Source of the DNA: an uncultured delta proteobacterium
GTDB lineage: Bacteria; Myxococcota; UBA727; VGSZ01
Assembly: GCA_963775425.1 (NCBI GenBank)
Contig: CAVZJB010000004.1
Location: forward strand, 512,001 to 576,000
Reading direction: 5' to 3'
Length of the DNA: 64,000 nucleotides
This document shows positions 11,176 to 25,586 of this stretch, piece by piece (within the stretch, counting starts at the first letter, position 1; every line of letters begins with the position of its first letter). The notes below the pieces were generated by a model that saw only the letters and a list, made by a program, of their open reading frames with translations, was not told the origin of the DNA and did no database searches. The translations under genes were made by a program, and so were the position numbers.

Positions 11176-11361
11176 CGAACGACAGATTTCCGTCCTCTGC
11201 CTGCAGAAGAACGATGGTTCGAACGCAGGCATTGCGCAGAACCGCAGAACTTGCATTTGCGCTGGCTCGTCGACGACGAGACATCGTGACTCAGGTTGTC
11301 GACAGTGATCATGGAGTGTCTGATGGGGACGATCCGTGCACTCGTGGACTCGAGGTGAGGA

Positions 11362-14300
11362 ATGACGACATCGCGCAAACAGTCCTCAGCGACGTCAACC
11401 GGACGCCGGGGCAAGCGCGCAGCCAGTGTCGTCCCGCCGCCCGCGAAGATCGAAAACGCCGATGAGCTGCTCGCCACGCTGCGCTCCTTTCGCCGCGGCG
11501 ACTTCACCGCGCGGATGTCGCCGCGCCACACGGGCATCGCGGGAGAGATCGCGCGCATCGTCAACGAGGTCATCGAGGCCAACGATCTGCTGGCGAACGA
11601 GCTGTCCCGCATCAGCGACGTCGTGGGCAAGCAGGGCCACGTCGGCCAACGGGCCTCGCTCGGCGCCATGCCGGGCGCGTGGCGCAACAGCATCGACTCG
11701 GTGAACGCGCTCATCAGCGACCTCGTCCTGCCCACCACCGAGGTCGGCCGCGTCATCGGCGCCGTCGCATCCGGCGACCTCTCCCAGAAGATGACCCTCG
11801 ACAGCGACGGCCGGCCGCTGCGGGGCGAGTTCCTCCGCACCGCCAAGGTCGTGAACGGCATGGTGGAGCAGCTCGGCTCGTTCGCCTCCGAGGTCACCCG
11901 CGTGGCGCGCGAGGTGGGCACCGAGGGAAAGCTCGGCGGTCAGGCGCAGGTCAAGGGCGTCGCCGGCACCTGGAAGGACCTCACCGACAACGTCAACTCC
12001 ATGGCCGGCAACCTCACCGCCCAGGTGAGAAACATCGCCGAGGTGACCACCGCGGTGGCCAAAGGCGACCTCTCCAAGAAGATCACCGTCGACGTCAAAG
12101 GCGAGATCCTTCAGCTCAAAAACACCATCAACACCATGGTGGACCAGCTCAACTCCTTCGCCTCCGAGGTCACCCGCGTGGCGCGCGAGGTGGGCACCGA
12201 GGGCAAGCTCGGCGGCCAGGCGCACGTCAAGGGTGTCGCCGGCACATGGAAGGACCTCACCGACAACGTCAACTCCATGGCGGGCAACCTCACCGCCCAG
12301 GTGAGAAACATCGCCGAGGTCACCACCGCCGTCGCCAACGGCGATCTCTCCAAAAAGATCACCGTCGACGTCAAGGGCGAGATCCTCGAGCTCAAGAACA
12401 CCATCAACACCATGGTGGATCAGTTGAACGCGTTCGCCTCCGAGGTCACCCGCGTGGCGCGCGAGGTGGGTACGGAGGGCAAGCTCGGCGGTCAGGCGCA
12501 GGTCAAGGGCGTCGCCGGCACCTGGAAGGACCTCACCGACAACGTCAACTCCATGGCCTCCAACCTCACGGCCCAGGTCAGGAACATCGCCGAGGTGGCC
12601 ACGGCCGTGGCCAAGGGCGATCTCACCAAGAAGATCACCGTCGACGTCAAGGGCGAGATCCTCGAGCTCAAGAACACCATCAACACCATGGCCGACCAGC
12701 TCAATTCGTTCGCCTCCGAGGTGACGCGGGTGGCCCGCGACGTCGGCACCGAGGGGAAGCTCGGCGGACAGGCGGAGGTGCCCGGCGTGGCCGGGACGTG
12801 GAAGGACCTCACCGACTCGGTGAACTCCATGGCCTCCAACCTCACCGCGCAGGTGCGCAACATCGCGGAGGTCACCACGGCGGTGGCCCAGGGCGACCTC
12901 TCCAAGACCATCACCGTCGACGTCAAAGGCGAGATCCTTCAGCTCAAAAACACCATCAACACCATGGTGGACCAGCTCAACTCGTTCGCCTCCGAGGTGA
13001 CGCGCGTGGCCGGCGAGGTCGGCACCGAGGGCAAGCTCGGCGGCCAGGCGCACGTGAAGGGCGTAGCCGGGACGTGGAAGGACCTCACCGACAACGTCAA
13101 CTCCATGGCCTCCAACCTCACCGCCCAGGTGCGCAACATCGCCGAGGTCACCACGGCGGTCGCCAAGGGCGACCTCAGCAAGAAGATCACCGTCGACGTG
13201 CGGGGGGAGATCCTCGAGCTCAAGAACACCATCAACACCATGGTGGACCAGCTCCGCGCGTTCGCCGCCGAGGTCACGCGCGTCGCCTGGGAGGTGGGCA
13301 CGGACGGGAAGCTCGGCGGCCAGGCGCAGGTCGAGGGCGTCGCGGGCACCTGGAAGGACCTCACCGACTCCGTCAACTTCATGGCCGGCAACCTCACCGC
13401 CCAGGTGCGAAACATCGCCGACGTGACCACGGCGGTGGCCCAGGGCGACCTCTCCAAGAAGATCACCGTCGACGTCAAAGGCGAGATCCTCGAGCTCAAG
13501 ACCACCATCAACACCATGGTCGATCAGCTCAACTCCTTCGCCTCGGAGGTGACGCGCGTCGCGCGCGAGGTGGGCACCGAGGGAAAGCTCGGCGGCCAGG
13601 CGCAGGTGAAGGGTGTCGCCGGCACCTGGAAAGACCTCACCGACAACGTCAACTCCATGGCCGGCAACCTCACCGCGCAGGTGAGGAACATCGCCGACGT
13701 CACCACCGCGGTCGCCCAGGGCGACCTGAGCAAGAAGATCACCGTCGACGTCAAGGGCGAGATCCTCGAGCTCAAAAACACCATCAACACCATGGTGGAC
13801 CAGCTCAACTCCTTCGCCTCCGAGGTCACGCGTGTGGCGCGCGAGGTCGGCACCGAGGGGAAGCTCGGCGGCCAGGCGCACGTCAAGGGCGTCGCCGGCA
13901 CGTGGAAGGACCTCACCGACAACGTGAACTCCATGGCCACCAACCTCACCAACCAGGTGCGCGGCATCGCGCAGGTGGTGACCGCCGTGGCGCGCGGCGA
14001 GCTCAAGCGCAAGCTCGCCCTCGAGGCAAGCGGCGAGATCGCGGAGCTCGCCCAGACCATCAATTCCATGACCGACACCCTCGCCACCTTCGCGGATCAG
14101 GTGACGACGGTGGCGCGCGAGGTCGGCGTCGAGGGCAAGCTCGGCGGACAGGCGAAGGTCCCGGGCGCGGCCGGCACGTGGAAGGACCTCACCGACAACG
14201 TCAACCAGCTCGCCGGCAACCTGACCACCCAGGTGCGCGCCATCGGCGACGTCGCCACCGCGGTGACCAAGGGAGACCTCACCCGCTCCATCGCCGTGGC

Positions 14301-17157
14301 GGCGTCAGGCGAGGTGGCCGCGCTCAAAGACAACATCAACGAGATGATCCGCAACCTTAAGGACACCACGTGGAAGACCACGGAGCAGGATTGGCTCAAG
14401 ACCAACCTCGCTCGCTTCACACGCATGATGCAGGGCCAACGCGACCTGATGACGGTGGCGCAGCAGATCCTGTCCGAGCTCGCGCCGCTCGTGAGCGCCC
14501 AGCACGGGGTGTTCTACATCGCCGAGGGAGACGCGGCCGCCGGCGAAGAGGTGCGCCTCAAGCTCCTGGCCAGCTACGCCTCCCGCGCGCGCGAAAAGGT
14601 CTCCAAGGTGTTCGAGCTCGGCGAGGGCCTGGTCGGTCAATGCGCCCTCGAGAAACGCAAGATCCTCGTCACCTGCGCCCCCGCCGACTACGTGCGCATC
14701 GGCTCCGGGCTCGGCGACGCCCCCCCTTCGAGCATCATCGTCCTCCCCGTGCTCTACGAGGGGCGCGTGAACGCGGTCATCGAATTGGCCTCGTTCTCGC
14801 AGCTCGCGGACATCCATCAGGTGTTCCTCGACCAGCTCACCGAGTCCATCGGCATCGTCGTCAACACCATCGGCGCCGGCATGCGCACGGAGTTGCTGTT
14901 GGCGCAGTCTCAGTCCTTGACGCAGGAGCTGCAGTCCCAGCAGGAGGAGCTTCGCGAGACCAACGAGCGCCTCGAGCAGCAGGCGCGGACGCTGCGTGAG
15001 TCCGAGGAGCGCCTCAGGCAGCAGCAGGACGAGCTGCGCAACACCAACGAGCAGATCGGCGAGAAGGCCAAGCTCCTCGAGCTGAAGAACCGCGAGGTGG
15101 AGTTCGCCAAGGGTGAAATCGAGGAGAAGGCGGAGCAGCTCGCGCTGACGTCACGATACAAGTCCGAGTTCCTCGCGAACATGTCGCATGAGCTGCGTAC
15201 CCCGCTCAACTCTTTGCTCATCCTCTCGCAGATGCTCTCGGAGAACGTCGAGGGCAACTTGATGCCCAAACAGATCGAATTCGCCAGCACCATCCACGCG
15301 TCCGGCACGGATCTCCTCGCGCTCATCAACGACATCCTCGACCACTCCAAGATCGAGTCCGGCATGATGGACGTCGAGGCCGCGGACGTCGCCTTCACCG
15401 ACCTGCGCGAGTACGTGGAGCAGAGCTTCCAGTATGTCGCGCAGCAGAAGGGTCTCGCCTTCGGCGTCACCCTCGGCGGCGAGCTGCCGCGGGCCATTCA
15501 CACGGACAACAAGCGCCTCCAGCAGATCCTGAAGAACCTGCTGTCCAACGCCTTCAAGTTCACCGAGTCCGGCAGCGTCACCCTCGAGATCGATCTCGCG
15601 CACGAGGGCTGGTCGCGGGATCACGAGGAGCTTGGTGCCGCCGACGCCGTCGTCGCGTTCAGCGTCGTCGACACCGGCATCGGCGTCCCCGCGGACAAGC
15701 AGCGCATCATCTTCGAGGCGTTTCAACAGGCCGACGGCACCACCAGCCGGCGCTACGGCGGCACCGGGCTCGGGCTCTCCATCAGCCGCGAGATCGCGCG
15801 GCTGCTCGGCGGTGAGCTGCGCGTCACCAGCCGGTTCGGACACGGCTCGCGCTTCACGCTCTACCTGCCGCGCAGCTACCCGGAACAAGACGCCGGGCCG
15901 CGCGAGCCGCACCCGCACGACACCTCGGTGGTCGCGACGCCCATCGTCGTGCCGTCCGACGACCGCGATCGGATCGACGGCGACGACCGCGTCCTGCTGA
16001 TCGTGGAGGACGATCCCGCCTTCAGCCGCGTCTTGCTCGAGGGCGCGCGCGCGCACGGCTTCAAGGGCTTCATCGCGCCGAGCGCAAACGCCTGCATCCC
16101 ACTCGCACGCAAGCTCAAGCCGACCGCAGTAACGCTCGACATGCGCCTCGCCGATCTCGACGGCTGGACCGTGCTCGACCGGCTGAAGCACGACGCCGCC
16201 ACGAGGCACATCCCGGTGATGGTCGTGTCCGGCGACGATCAGCGCCAGCGCGCGCTGCGCATGGGCGCGGCCGGCTTCCTGTTGAAGCCGGTGGCCCACG
16301 AGGACCTCGGCGCCATGCTCGACAAGCTCGCGCGGTTCGTCGACGACCCGGTGCGGCGCCTGCTCATCATCGAGGACGACGAGCGGGAGCGCGACGCGCT
16401 GCTCGCCCTCGTGGGCGCCGACGACGTGGAGACCACGGCCGTCGCCTCGGGGCGCGAGGCGCTCGCGGCGCTCGCCGACGGAAACTATTCGTGCGTCGTC
16501 CTCGATCTCGGCCTGCCCGATCTCCCCGGCATGGAGCTCCTGCGCACCATCCGGCATGACGAGCGTTGGGCCGAGCTCCCGGTGATCGTGTACACGGGCA
16601 AACCGCTGGCCCGTCACGACGAGACGGAGCTCAAGCGGCTGGCGGCCGCGGTGGTGGTGAAGGACGTCAAGTCCCCGGAGCGGCTCCTCGACGAGACCTC
16701 GCTGTTCTTGCATCGCGTGCACACGGAGCTGCCCGAGGGCCAGCGGCGGATGATGGAGAAACGCTACCACTCCTCGACGATGCTCAGCGGCCTCTCCGTG
16801 CTCATCATCGACGACGACGTGCGCAACATCTTCGCCGTGACCAGCGTGCTCGAGCGGCACGGCGCGTCCGTGCTCTACGCCGAGAACGGCAAGGACGGCC
16901 TCGCGGCGCTCGAGAAGGCCGCGCACGTCGACGCCGTGTTGATGGACATCATGATGCCGGAGATGGACGGATACGAGGTGCTGCGCCGCATCCGCGCCGA
17001 GGAGCGCTACAACGATCTCCCCGTCATCGCGCTCACCGCCAAGGCGATGCGCTCCGACCGCGAGAAGTGCATCCGGGCGGGTGCCTCCGAGTACATCGCC
17101 AAGCCCGTCGACATGGCGCAACTGCTCTCCCTCCTGCGGGTGCGCCTCGCGTCATGA
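11362..17157 (+). CDS. Cytoplasmic poly-HAMP hybrid histidine kinase (HAMP array-GAF-HisKA-HATPase-3xREC)
   Basis: Tandem 92-aa units containing [22 protein letters not shown]-box [36 protein letters not shown] and three receiver domains. Confidence 0.95.
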   Translation: MTTSRKQSSATSTGRRGKRAASVVPPPAKIENADELLATLRSFRRGDFTARMSPRHTGIAGEIARIVNEVIEANDLLANELSRISDVVGKQGHVGQRASLGAMPGAWRNSIDSVNALISDLVLPTTEVGRVIGAVASGDLSQKMTLDSDGRPLRGEFLRTAKVVNGMVEQLGSFASEVTRVAREVGTEGKLGGQAQVKGVAGTWKDLTDNVNSMAGNLTAQVRNIAEVTTAVAKGDLSKKITVDVKGEILQLKNTINTMVDQLNSFASEVTRVAREVGTEGKLGGQAHVKGVAGTWKDLTDNVNSMAGNLTAQVRNIAEVTTAVANGDLSKKITVDVKGEILELKNTINTMVDQLNAFASEVTRVAREVGTEGKLGGQAQVKGVAGTWKDLTDNVNSMASNLTAQVRNIAEVATAVAKGDLTKKITVDVKGEILELKNTINTMADQLNSFASEVTRVARDVGTEGKLGGQAEVPGVAGTWKDLTDSVNSMASNLTAQVRNIAEVTTAVAQGDLSKTITVDVKGEILQLKNTINTMVDQLNSFASEVTRVAGEVGTEGKLGGQAHVKGVAGTWKDLTDNVNSMASNLTAQVRNIAEVTTAVAKGDLSKKITVDVRGEILELKNTINTMVDQLRAFAAEVTRVAWEVGTDGKLGGQAQVEGVAGTWKDLTDSVNFMAGNLTAQVRNIADVTTAVAQGDLSKKITVDVKGEILELKTTINTMVDQLNSFASEVTRVAREVGTEGKLGGQAQVKGVAGTWKDLTDNVNSMAGNLTAQVRNIADVTTAVAQGDLSKKITVDVKGEILELKNTINTMVDQLNSFASEVTRVAREVGTEGKLGGQAHVKGVAGTWKDLTDNVNSMATNLTNQVRGIAQVVTAVARGELKRKLALEASGEIAELAQTINSMTDTLATFADQVTTVAREVGVEGKLGGQAKVPGAAGTWKDLTDNVNQLAGNLTTQVRAIGDVATAVTKGDLTRSIAVAASGEVAALKDNINEMIRNLKDTTWKTTEQDWLKTNLARFTRMMQGQRDLMTVAQQILSELAPLVSAQHGVFYIAEGDAAAGEEVRLKLLASYASRAREKVSKVFELGEGLVGQCALEKRKILVTCAPADYVRIGSGLGDAPPSSIIVLPVLYEGRVNAVIELASFSQLADIHQVFLDQLTESIGIVVNTIGAGMRTELLLAQSQSLTQELQSQQEELRETNERLEQQARTLRESEERLRQQQDELRNTNEQIGEKAKLLELKNREVEFAKGEIEEKAEQLALTSRYKSEFLANMSHELRTPLNSLLILSQMLSENVEGNLMPKQIEFASTIHASGTDLLALINDILDHSKIESGMMDVEAADVAFTDLREYVEQSFQYVAQQKGLAFGVTLGGELPRAIHTDNKRLQQILKNLLSNAFKFTESGSVTLEIDLAHEGWSRDHEELGAADAVVAFSVVDTGIGVPADKQRIIFEAFQQADGTTSRRYGGTGLGLSISREIARLLGGELRVTSRFGHGSRFTLYLPRSYPEQDAGPREPHPHDTSVVATPIVVPSDDRDRIDGDDRVLLIVEDDPAFSRVLLEGARAHGFKGFIAPSANACIPLARKLKPTAVTLDMRLADLDGWTVLDRLKHDAATRHIPVMVVSGDDQRQRALRMGAAGFLLKPVAHEDLGAMLDKLARFVDDPVRRLLIIEDDERERDALLALVGADDVETTAVASGREALAALADGNYSCVVLDLGLPDLPGMELLRTIRHDERWAELPVIVYTGKPLARHDETELKRLAAAVVVKDVKSPERLLDETSLFLHRVHTELPEGQRRMMEKRYHSSTMLSGLSVLIIDDDVRNIFAVTSVLERHGASVLYAENGKDGLAALEKAAHVDAVLMDIMMPEMDGYEVLRRIRAEERYNDLPVIALTAKAMRSDREKCIRAGASEYIAKPVDMAQLLSLLRVRLAS
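11860..14350 (+). repeat. Intragenic 276-bp tandem repeat encoding the poly-HAMP array
   Basis: WKDLTD occurs 9 times at 276-nt spacing, with one more degenerate unit upstream. Boundaries approximate. Confidence 0.9.
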
Positions 17158-17813
17158 GCTGCAACGCGCCGCCCCCATGGCCGCCGCCGAGCGCAACAGC
17201 GCCGGCGATGTTCGACGACGCTCGCTTCTTCCGCGCCTTGCGCGAGCACGTGGCGCCGCGCCTGCGCACCTGGCCCTCCGTCGACGTGTGGCTCGTCGGT
17301 GCCGGCACCGGACAACAGGCGTACGCCGTATCCATCGCGCTTTGCGAGGAGGGCCTGGGCGGCCGCGTCCGGCTGCACGCCACCGACGCCGACGACGCGG
17401 CGCTCCGCCGCGCCCGCGAGGGCGCATACGCGTGCGCGGAGCTGCCGGCGGCGCGCGCCGCCTACCTGGCGGGCGGAGGGCGCGCGTCGCTCACGGACTA
17501 CCTCACCGTGCGGGGGGACGACGACCGCGGCTTCTTCACCGTGCGCGCACCGCTCCGCCGCAGCATCCTGTTCGCGCAGCACACGCCCACCACCGGCGCG
17601 TCCTTCGGGGAGATGCAGCTCGTCGTGTGTCGGGCCGCGCCCGCGCGCGACGACGACGCCGGCGCGCGCGCGCTCGCGGTGATGCACCAGAGCCTCTGCC
17701 GCTTCGGCATCCTCGCGCTCCCGCGCGGCGCGGACCTGGCCGGGCACCCGTTCGGCGGCTTCTACGAGCCTCTCCTTGTCGACGAAGGACTCTTTCGCCG
17801 AGGTGAGACATGA
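17154..17813 (+). CDS. CheR-like methyltransferase, short and degenerate
   Basis: ATGA overlap with the kinase stop. [39 protein letters not shown] and ILFAQH match the CheR SAM domain; the N-terminal CheR domain is missing. Confidence 0.75.
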   Translation: MSCNAPPPWPPPSATAPAMFDDARFFRALREHVAPRLRTWPSVDVWLVGAGTGQQAYAVSIALCEEGLGGRVRLHATDADDAALRRAREGAYACAELPAARAAYLAGGGRASLTDYLTVRGDDDRGFFTVRAPLRRSILFAQHTPTTGASFGEMQLVVCRAAPARDDDAGARALAVMHQSLCRFGILALPRGADLAGHPFGGFYEPLLVDEGLFRRGET

Positions 17814-19823
17814 CGCCGTCGCCGACCCGGATCCGGGCGCCCGTCTTGCTCGTCGACGACCGCGCCGAGGATCTCGCCGTCCTCGAGGCCGTGCTCGACG
17901 CGCCGGACATCGAGCCCGTGTGCGCCGCGTCCGGGATGTCGGCGCTGCGGCACCTGCTCGATCGTGACTTCGCGGTGATCCTGCTCGACGTGCACATGCC
18001 CGGCATGAGCGGGTTCGACCTCGCCGAGATCATCAAGCAACGGGACCGATGCAAAGATACGCCCATCGTCTTCCTCACCGCGGACAGCGACGACAGCTTC
18101 ATCACGCGCGCCTACGCCGTCGGCGCCGCCGACTTCCTGCAAAAGCCGATGCATCGGGAGGTGGTGCGGACCAAGGTCGGTGTCTTCGTGGAGCTGTTCC
18201 GGAGAGCCGAGGCGTTGCGGGCAGCGGAGCGCCGCGAGCGCGATCGCCAGCTCTCGGAGCTCGTGCGCAAGAGCGACGAGCGCTACAAGAACCTCGCCGA
18301 GGCCATTCCGCAAATCGTCTGGACGGCGGCGCGCAGCGGCGAGGTCACGTATTACAACCGGCGCTGGCACGACTTCACGGGGTTGCCCGATGAGCCGCCC
18401 CCGCCGTGGACCGCCGGCCTCCACCCCGACGACGTCGTCCTCTGTGAGCGCGAGTGGCGCGACTGCGTCTCGCGCGGCGCGAGGTACGAGGGCGAGTGTC
18501 GCATGCGCTCTGCCCGGGGCGACTATCGCTGGCACCTGTGCCGCGCGGTCCCGGACACCGACGAAAACGGCAACGTCATCGGTTGGCTCGGCACACACAC
18601 GGACTTTCACGATCTGCGCACGGCGCTCGAAGCCGCCGACAACGCCCGCGTCCGAGCCACGTTCCTCGCCGAAGCCAGCGAGCTCCTCTCCGCGTCGCTC
18701 GACTATCCCGCCACCCTCGCGCGCGTCGCCCGCCTGCCCGTGCCACGGCTCGCCGACTGGTGCGTGGTCGACGTGAACGACACCGGCAGGCATGAGCTCG
18801 CCGTCGCGCACATGGACGCCGATCGCGAGCACGCGCTGCGTGAGCTGTTCGCGGCCCCCAACAAGCCGCTTTCCCACGTCGACGGGAAGCCGAACGGCTG
18901 CGCGAACGGCCACAGGGACGTCGGCGCGGACGACGGCGCGCTGCGGGAGCTCGCCGCCTCGTCCATCCTGCAGTGCCCGCTGGCCGTCCGCGATCGTGTC
19001 CTCGGCGCCATGACGTTCGGCTCCTCCTCCCGCACGCTTGGCGAAGGAGACCGCCGCACCGCGGAGGACCTCGCGCGCCACGCGGCGCTCGCCGTCGACA
19101 ACGCGCGCCTCTATCTGGCGGCGCAGGACGCGTTGCACGAACGCGACGATTTCCTTTCCATCGCCGCGCACGAGCTGCGCACGCCGCTCACCACGCTCCA
19201 GCTCCAGCTCCAGAGCCTGCAGCGTCGCATCTCGGCCGGAGAGGCCGCGCGCGCCAAGATCGAGTCCGCCGTGCGCCAGGGCCAGAAGCTCGCCGGTCTC
19301 ACCGAGCGGCTGCTCGACGTCTCCCGCATCGTCGCGGGGCGCTTGAGCCTCGAGCTCGAGGAGCTCGAATCTCACGGACCTGGTCCGCGACATCGTCGAG
19401 CGCTTCACGCTGGAGGCCTCACAGGCCGGCTGCGTCCTCGAGCTCGCGTCCGACGGGCCCATCCGCGGCCGCTGGGATCGGCTCCGCGTCGAGCAGGTGG
19501 TGATGAACCTCCTGTCGAACGCCCTGAAGTACGGCCGCGGTGCGCCGGTTGCGCTGGTCGTCCAGCGGCGCGACGACGTCGCATGGATTGGCGTGCGCGA
19601 CCAGGGCATCGGCATCTCCGAGGAGGACCTGCCGCGCATCTTCGAGCGCTTCGAGCGCGCGGTGACCGCGAGGCAGTACGGCGGCCTCGGGATCGGGCTG
19701 TTCGTCGCGCGCCAGATCGTCGAGGCCCACGGGGGCTCCATCCGGGTCGAGAGCCGCGTCGGGGGCGGCTCGGCGTTCACCGTCCAGCTCCCCCTCGCGG
19801 CACAACCCGGAGAGACAGGATGA
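17810..19823 (+). pseudogene. REC-PAS-GAF-HisKA-HATPase hybrid kinase with a +1 frameshift at 19367-19371 (possibly a sequencing error)
   Basis: Domains are intact up to LSLELEEL. Removing one A from GAATC restores DLTDLVRDIVERF...EQVVMNLLSNALKY...DQGIG...GGLGIGL to the stop at 19823. Confidence 0.85.
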
Positions 19824-20224
19824 GCCTCCCGCGCCCCGTCATGATCGTCGAGGACGACCCGGACATCCGGGCGGCGCTGGCGGACGTCCTCGCCGAGGAC
19901 GGCCACACCACCATCACGGCCGCCAACGGACGCGACGCCCTCGACCAGCTCCACGCGTCGTCGGTCGCGCCGTGCGTGATCGTCCTCGATCTCATGATGC
20001 CCGTGATGGACGGCTGGCAATTCGCCGCGGGCCTGCGCGAGGTCTCCGCGTGGTCGGACATCCCCATCGTGGTGGTCTCCGCCGGCGACGACATCGAGGC
20101 GCACGCCGAGGCGCTCGGCGCCCACGGCCACCTGCGGAAGCCCGTCGACCTCGACAACCTCCTCGCCACCGTCGTGCGCTGCGCTCAGGGAGACGGCGAC
20201 CGAGGAGAGCCGCAGCTCAATTGA
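19820..20224 (+). CDS. Single-domain response regulator (REC)
   Basis: ATGA overlap. VMIVEDD, IVLDLMMPVMDGW, VVVSA and LRKPVD motifs. Confidence 0.9.
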   Translation: MSLPRPVMIVEDDPDIRAALADVLAEDGHTTITAANGRDALDQLHASSVAPCVIVLDLMMPVMDGWQFAAGLREVSAWSDIPIVVVSAGDDIEAHAEALGAHGHLRKPVDLDNLLATVVRCAQGDGDRGEPQLN

Positions 20225-20345
20225 CTGGGCTCAATTGACTGGGCTCAATTCGACTGGGCTCAATTGACTGGGCTCAATTCGACTGGGCTCAATTCGACTG
20301 GGCTCAATTGACTGGGCTCAATTCGACGGGGCTCAATTGACGGGC

Positions 20346-20356
<11 letters not shown>
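20215..20356. repeat. Ten-copy 13-15 bp tandem array GCTCAATT(C)GACTGG between convergent genes
   Basis: Ten units counted. The first contains the REC stop codon and the last contains the clpA stop codon. Confidence 0.95.
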
Positions 20357-22706
<2,350 letters not shown>

Positions 22707-22827
22707 GGGTGCTCCGCCTGAGCTCTTCTTCGTTGCCATTCCGCTCCATCCTACGAACCGCGGGGGTCCGTACCAAGCTCATCCGTCTCCGATGCGTCTG
22801 CGGGCCGACCGTTTCTCGAGCGCGGGG

Positions 22828-23250
22828 TCACGGCGTGACCCCGGAACCCTGGAGGGTGACGACGAGCGACTGCCGGCTGGTGTCGAGGGTGAACGTGCCG
22901 GTGGCGTCCCCGGCCTGGCTCGCGGTGAAGCTGACCTCGGCGAACCCGGAGCCCCCCGGCTGCTGCGGGAACTGGAATTGGGAGAGCGCGAAGCTGTCGC
23001 CGTCGAGCACGGGTGTTTCGAAGAATTCCTCGCCGCACCCCTCGACGATGTCGATGCGCCGGTGCGCCTGGAGGGGGACGTCGACCTGGCCGAAGTCGAC
23101 GATGCAGCCGTCGCACGGCTGGCCCTCGAGCTCGACGCGCGAGGCCGCGGGGCCGTCGCAGGCGGGGCCGTCGAAGGGACAGCCCGAGAGCGCCGAGGCG
23201 GCCGTGAGGGCGCCCGCGAGCGCCGCGGGGAGCGCGCGAGGCCACCTCAC
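22828..23250 (-). CDS. Small lipoprotein with an Ig-like domain
   Basis: Lipobox LSGC. DFGQV...F.....G...GT..L.T....V.L.G.G pattern. GTGA overlap with the clpS stop. Confidence 0.65.
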   Translation of the reverse strand: MRWPRALPAALAGALTAASALSGCPFDGPACDGPAASRVELEGQPCDGCIVDFGQVDVPLQAHRRIDIVEGCGEEFFETPVLDGDSFALSQFQFPQQPGGSGFAEVSFTASQAGDATGTFTLDTSRQSLVVTLQGSGVTP

Positions 23251-23621
23251 ACGTCCGGCTCCATGGTCAGCATGAGGGGGTGGCCGTGCTCGCGCGCGTA
23301 CTCCGTGACCTTGTCGATCTTGGTCTCGGCGATGTCGCGCGTGTACACGCCGACGATGGCCCTGCCGCTCATGTGGACCTTGAGCATCAGGTGCTGCGCC
23401 TCCGTCGGGTCCTTGCGGAAGAACTCGATCAGCACGTGGACCACGAACTCCTGCGTCGTGTAGTCGTCGTTGTGCATGACCACCCGGTACATCACGGGCT
23501 TCTTGGTCTTGGTCCGCTCGAGGGTCTCCGTGCCCGTCCCCCGGTCGCGGTCGGGTCTCTTGGCGGGGCCCTTCTCGGGGGGCTTTTCAGGGGGCTTCGG
23601 GGGTTCCTTCGGATCCGGCAC
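23247..23621 (-). CDS. clpS: Clp protease adaptor ClpS
   Basis: YRVVMHNDDYTTQEFVV, MLKVH..GRAIVGVYTRDIAETK and HPL motifs. Confidence 0.95.
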   Translation of the reverse strand: MPDPKEPPKPPEKPPEKGPAKRPDRDRGTGTETLERTKTKKPVMYRVVMHNDDYTTQEFVVHVLIEFFRKDPTEAQHLMLKVHMSGRAIVGVYTRDIAETKIDKVTEYAREHGHPLMLTMEPDV

Positions 23622-23674
23622 GGGGGAAATCTAGCAGCAGACGGCGTCCGTGGGTGCTGATACCCCTCCGCACC

Positions 23675-25468
23675 ATGCCCTTCGCCGGCCTCCCCATCGC
23701 ACCCGTCCTCCTCGAGGAGATCCGCGCCCGCGGCTTCTCCGAGCCCACGCCGGTGCAGCGGGCCGTCCTCGAGGCCGACACCGCCCGCGACCTCGTGGTG
23801 TCCTCGCAGACGGGCTCCGGAAAGACGGTCGCGTTCGGGCTCGCGTTCGCCCCCGCGCTCCTCGCCGGCGAGCGGACAAAGACCCCGCGCGTCCTCGTCG
23901 TCGCTCCCACGCGGGAGCTGGCGCAGCAGGTGGCGCAGGAGCTGTCCTGGCTCTACGCGAAGACCGGGGCGCGCATCGGCACCTGCGTGGGCGGCATGGA
24001 TCCGCGGCGCGAGAGCCGCGCGCTCTCCTTCGGCGTCGACTGCGTCGTCGGCACACCTGGCCGCCTGCGCGACCACATCGAGCGCGGCGCGCTCCGCCTC
24101 GGCACGCTGTCCTGCGTCGTCCTCGACGAGGCGGACGAGATGCTCGACATGGGCTTTCGCGAGGAGCTCGAGGCCATCCTCGACGCCACGCCCGAGGGCC
24201 GCCGCACGCTGATGTTCTCCGCCACGTTCCCGCGCGCCATGGAGCAGCTCGCGGGCAAGTACCTCACGGACCCGCAGCGCATCCGCGCCGGCGCCGCCAC
24301 CGCCGCCCACGAGGACATCGACGTCGTCTGCCACCTGGTCGCGCCTCGCGAGCGGGAGCACGCGGTGGTGAACGTGCTCCGCTTCTACGACGCGCCGTCG
24401 GCGCTGGTGTTCTGCGCCACGCGCGACGGGGTGGCGCACATGCACGCCGGCCTCTCCGAGCGGGGCTTTCACGCCGTGGCGCTTTCGGGCGAGCTGTCGC
24501 AGGCGGAGCGCAACCGGGCGCTGCTCGCCGTGCGCGAGGGACACGCGCGGGTGCTGGTGGCCACGGACGTCGCCGCCCGCGGCCTCGACCTGCCCGCCGT
24601 GGCGCTCGTGGTGCACGCCGACCTCCCCCAGGACACCGCGTCGTTTCAGCACCGCTCGGGGCGCACGGGGCGGGCGGGCAAGAAGGGCACTGCGGTCGTG
24701 CTCACGCCGTTTTCGCGCCGGCGCTTCATGGAGCGGATGCTCTCGGACGCACACGTGCAGGCGCGCTTCACCGCGCTGCCCACGACCAAGCAGATCCGCT
24801 CCCTCGACGACCAGCGCCTCGTCCATGAGGCCGTCTCGCTGGCCGCCGATGGCGAGCCGGTGGATCCGTCGCTCGCCGAGGCGCTCCTGGCGCAGCTCCC
24901 GCCGGACGCGCTCGCCGCCGCGCTCGTCCGAACGCTGCGCCGCGATCTGCCGTCCCCCGAGGAGACCCCGGAGACCGCCGCCTGGAAGTCCCAGGACCGC
25001 GACCGCGACCGCGGCCGCGGCTTCGAGCGCGGCCCGCGCGATCGCCGATCGGAGGGACCGCGCGCCGGCGACGGGCGCGGCGGCCCCCGAGGCGACGTCG
25101 ACGGCGTGTGGTTTCGCGTGAACGTCGGCCGCGAGCAGCGCGCCGACCCCAAGTGGCTCCTGCCCATGCTCTGTCGCCGCGGCGGCATCACCAAGCGCGA
25201 CCTCGGCCCCTTCGAGATCCGGCGCCGCGAGACGCGCTTCTCGGTGCACCCCGACGTCGCGCGCCGCTTCTTCGACCAGGCCTCGCGCCCCGACGCCAAG
25301 GACCCGAACATCCGCATCGCCACCGTCGACGACGCCGGCGGCCCCGACGAGCAGGCGCCGCGCGCGCGCCGGCGACCCGATCAGGCGCGGCCGCCTGCGG
25401 TCGCCGACAAGCGGCCCGGCCGCGACGGGCGCGCGAGCGGCAAGACCGATCGACGCCGCCAGAAGTAG
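23675..25468 (+). CDS. DEAD-box RNA helicase with DbpA-type RNA-binding domain (DeaD-like)
   Basis: Q motif PTPVQ, QTGSGKT, PTRELA, DEAD, SAT, ARGLD and HRSGRTGRAG. C-terminal WFRVNVGR...LCRRG. Confidence 0.93.
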   Translation: MPFAGLPIAPVLLEEIRARGFSEPTPVQRAVLEADTARDLVVSSQTGSGKTVAFGLAFAPALLAGERTKTPRVLVVAPTRELAQQVAQELSWLYAKTGARIGTCVGGMDPRRESRALSFGVDCVVGTPGRLRDHIERGALRLGTLSCVVLDEADEMLDMGFREELEAILDATPEGRRTLMFSATFPRAMEQLAGKYLTDPQRIRAGAATAAHEDIDVVCHLVAPREREHAVVNVLRFYDAPSALVFCATRDGVAHMHAGLSERGFHAVALSGELSQAERNRALLAVREGHARVLVATDVAARGLDLPAVALVVHADLPQDTASFQHRSGRTGRAGKKGTAVVLTPFSRRRFMERMLSDAHVQARFTALPTTKQIRSLDDQRLVHEAVSLAADGEPVDPSLAEALLAQLPPDALAAALVRTLRRDLPSPEETPETAAWKSQDRDRDRGRGFERGPRDRRSEGPRAGDGRGGPRGDVDGVWFRVNVGREQRADPKWLLPMLCRRGGITKRDLGPFEIRRRETRFSVHPDVARRFFDQASRPDAKDPNIRIATVDDAGGPDEQAPRARRRPDQARPPAVADKRPGRDGRASGKTDRRRQK

Positions 25469-25586
25469 CTTGCCGCCCATGGCGAAGGCGCCGCGGCGGT
25501 CGCAGGTCTCGATGCAGAGGCGCCGCCTGCGTGTTTGACGCAGCGCGGGGGCGCGTGGTCTCGTCCGGCGCAGCACAGGGGGACGA

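Noticed and set aside
17810-20224. 804-aa ORF read as a REC-PAS-GAF-HisKA-REC fusion
   Set aside because: The middle is off-frame Arg-rich sequence. The +1 A at 19368-19369 shifts it into the frame of the separate downstream REC gene.
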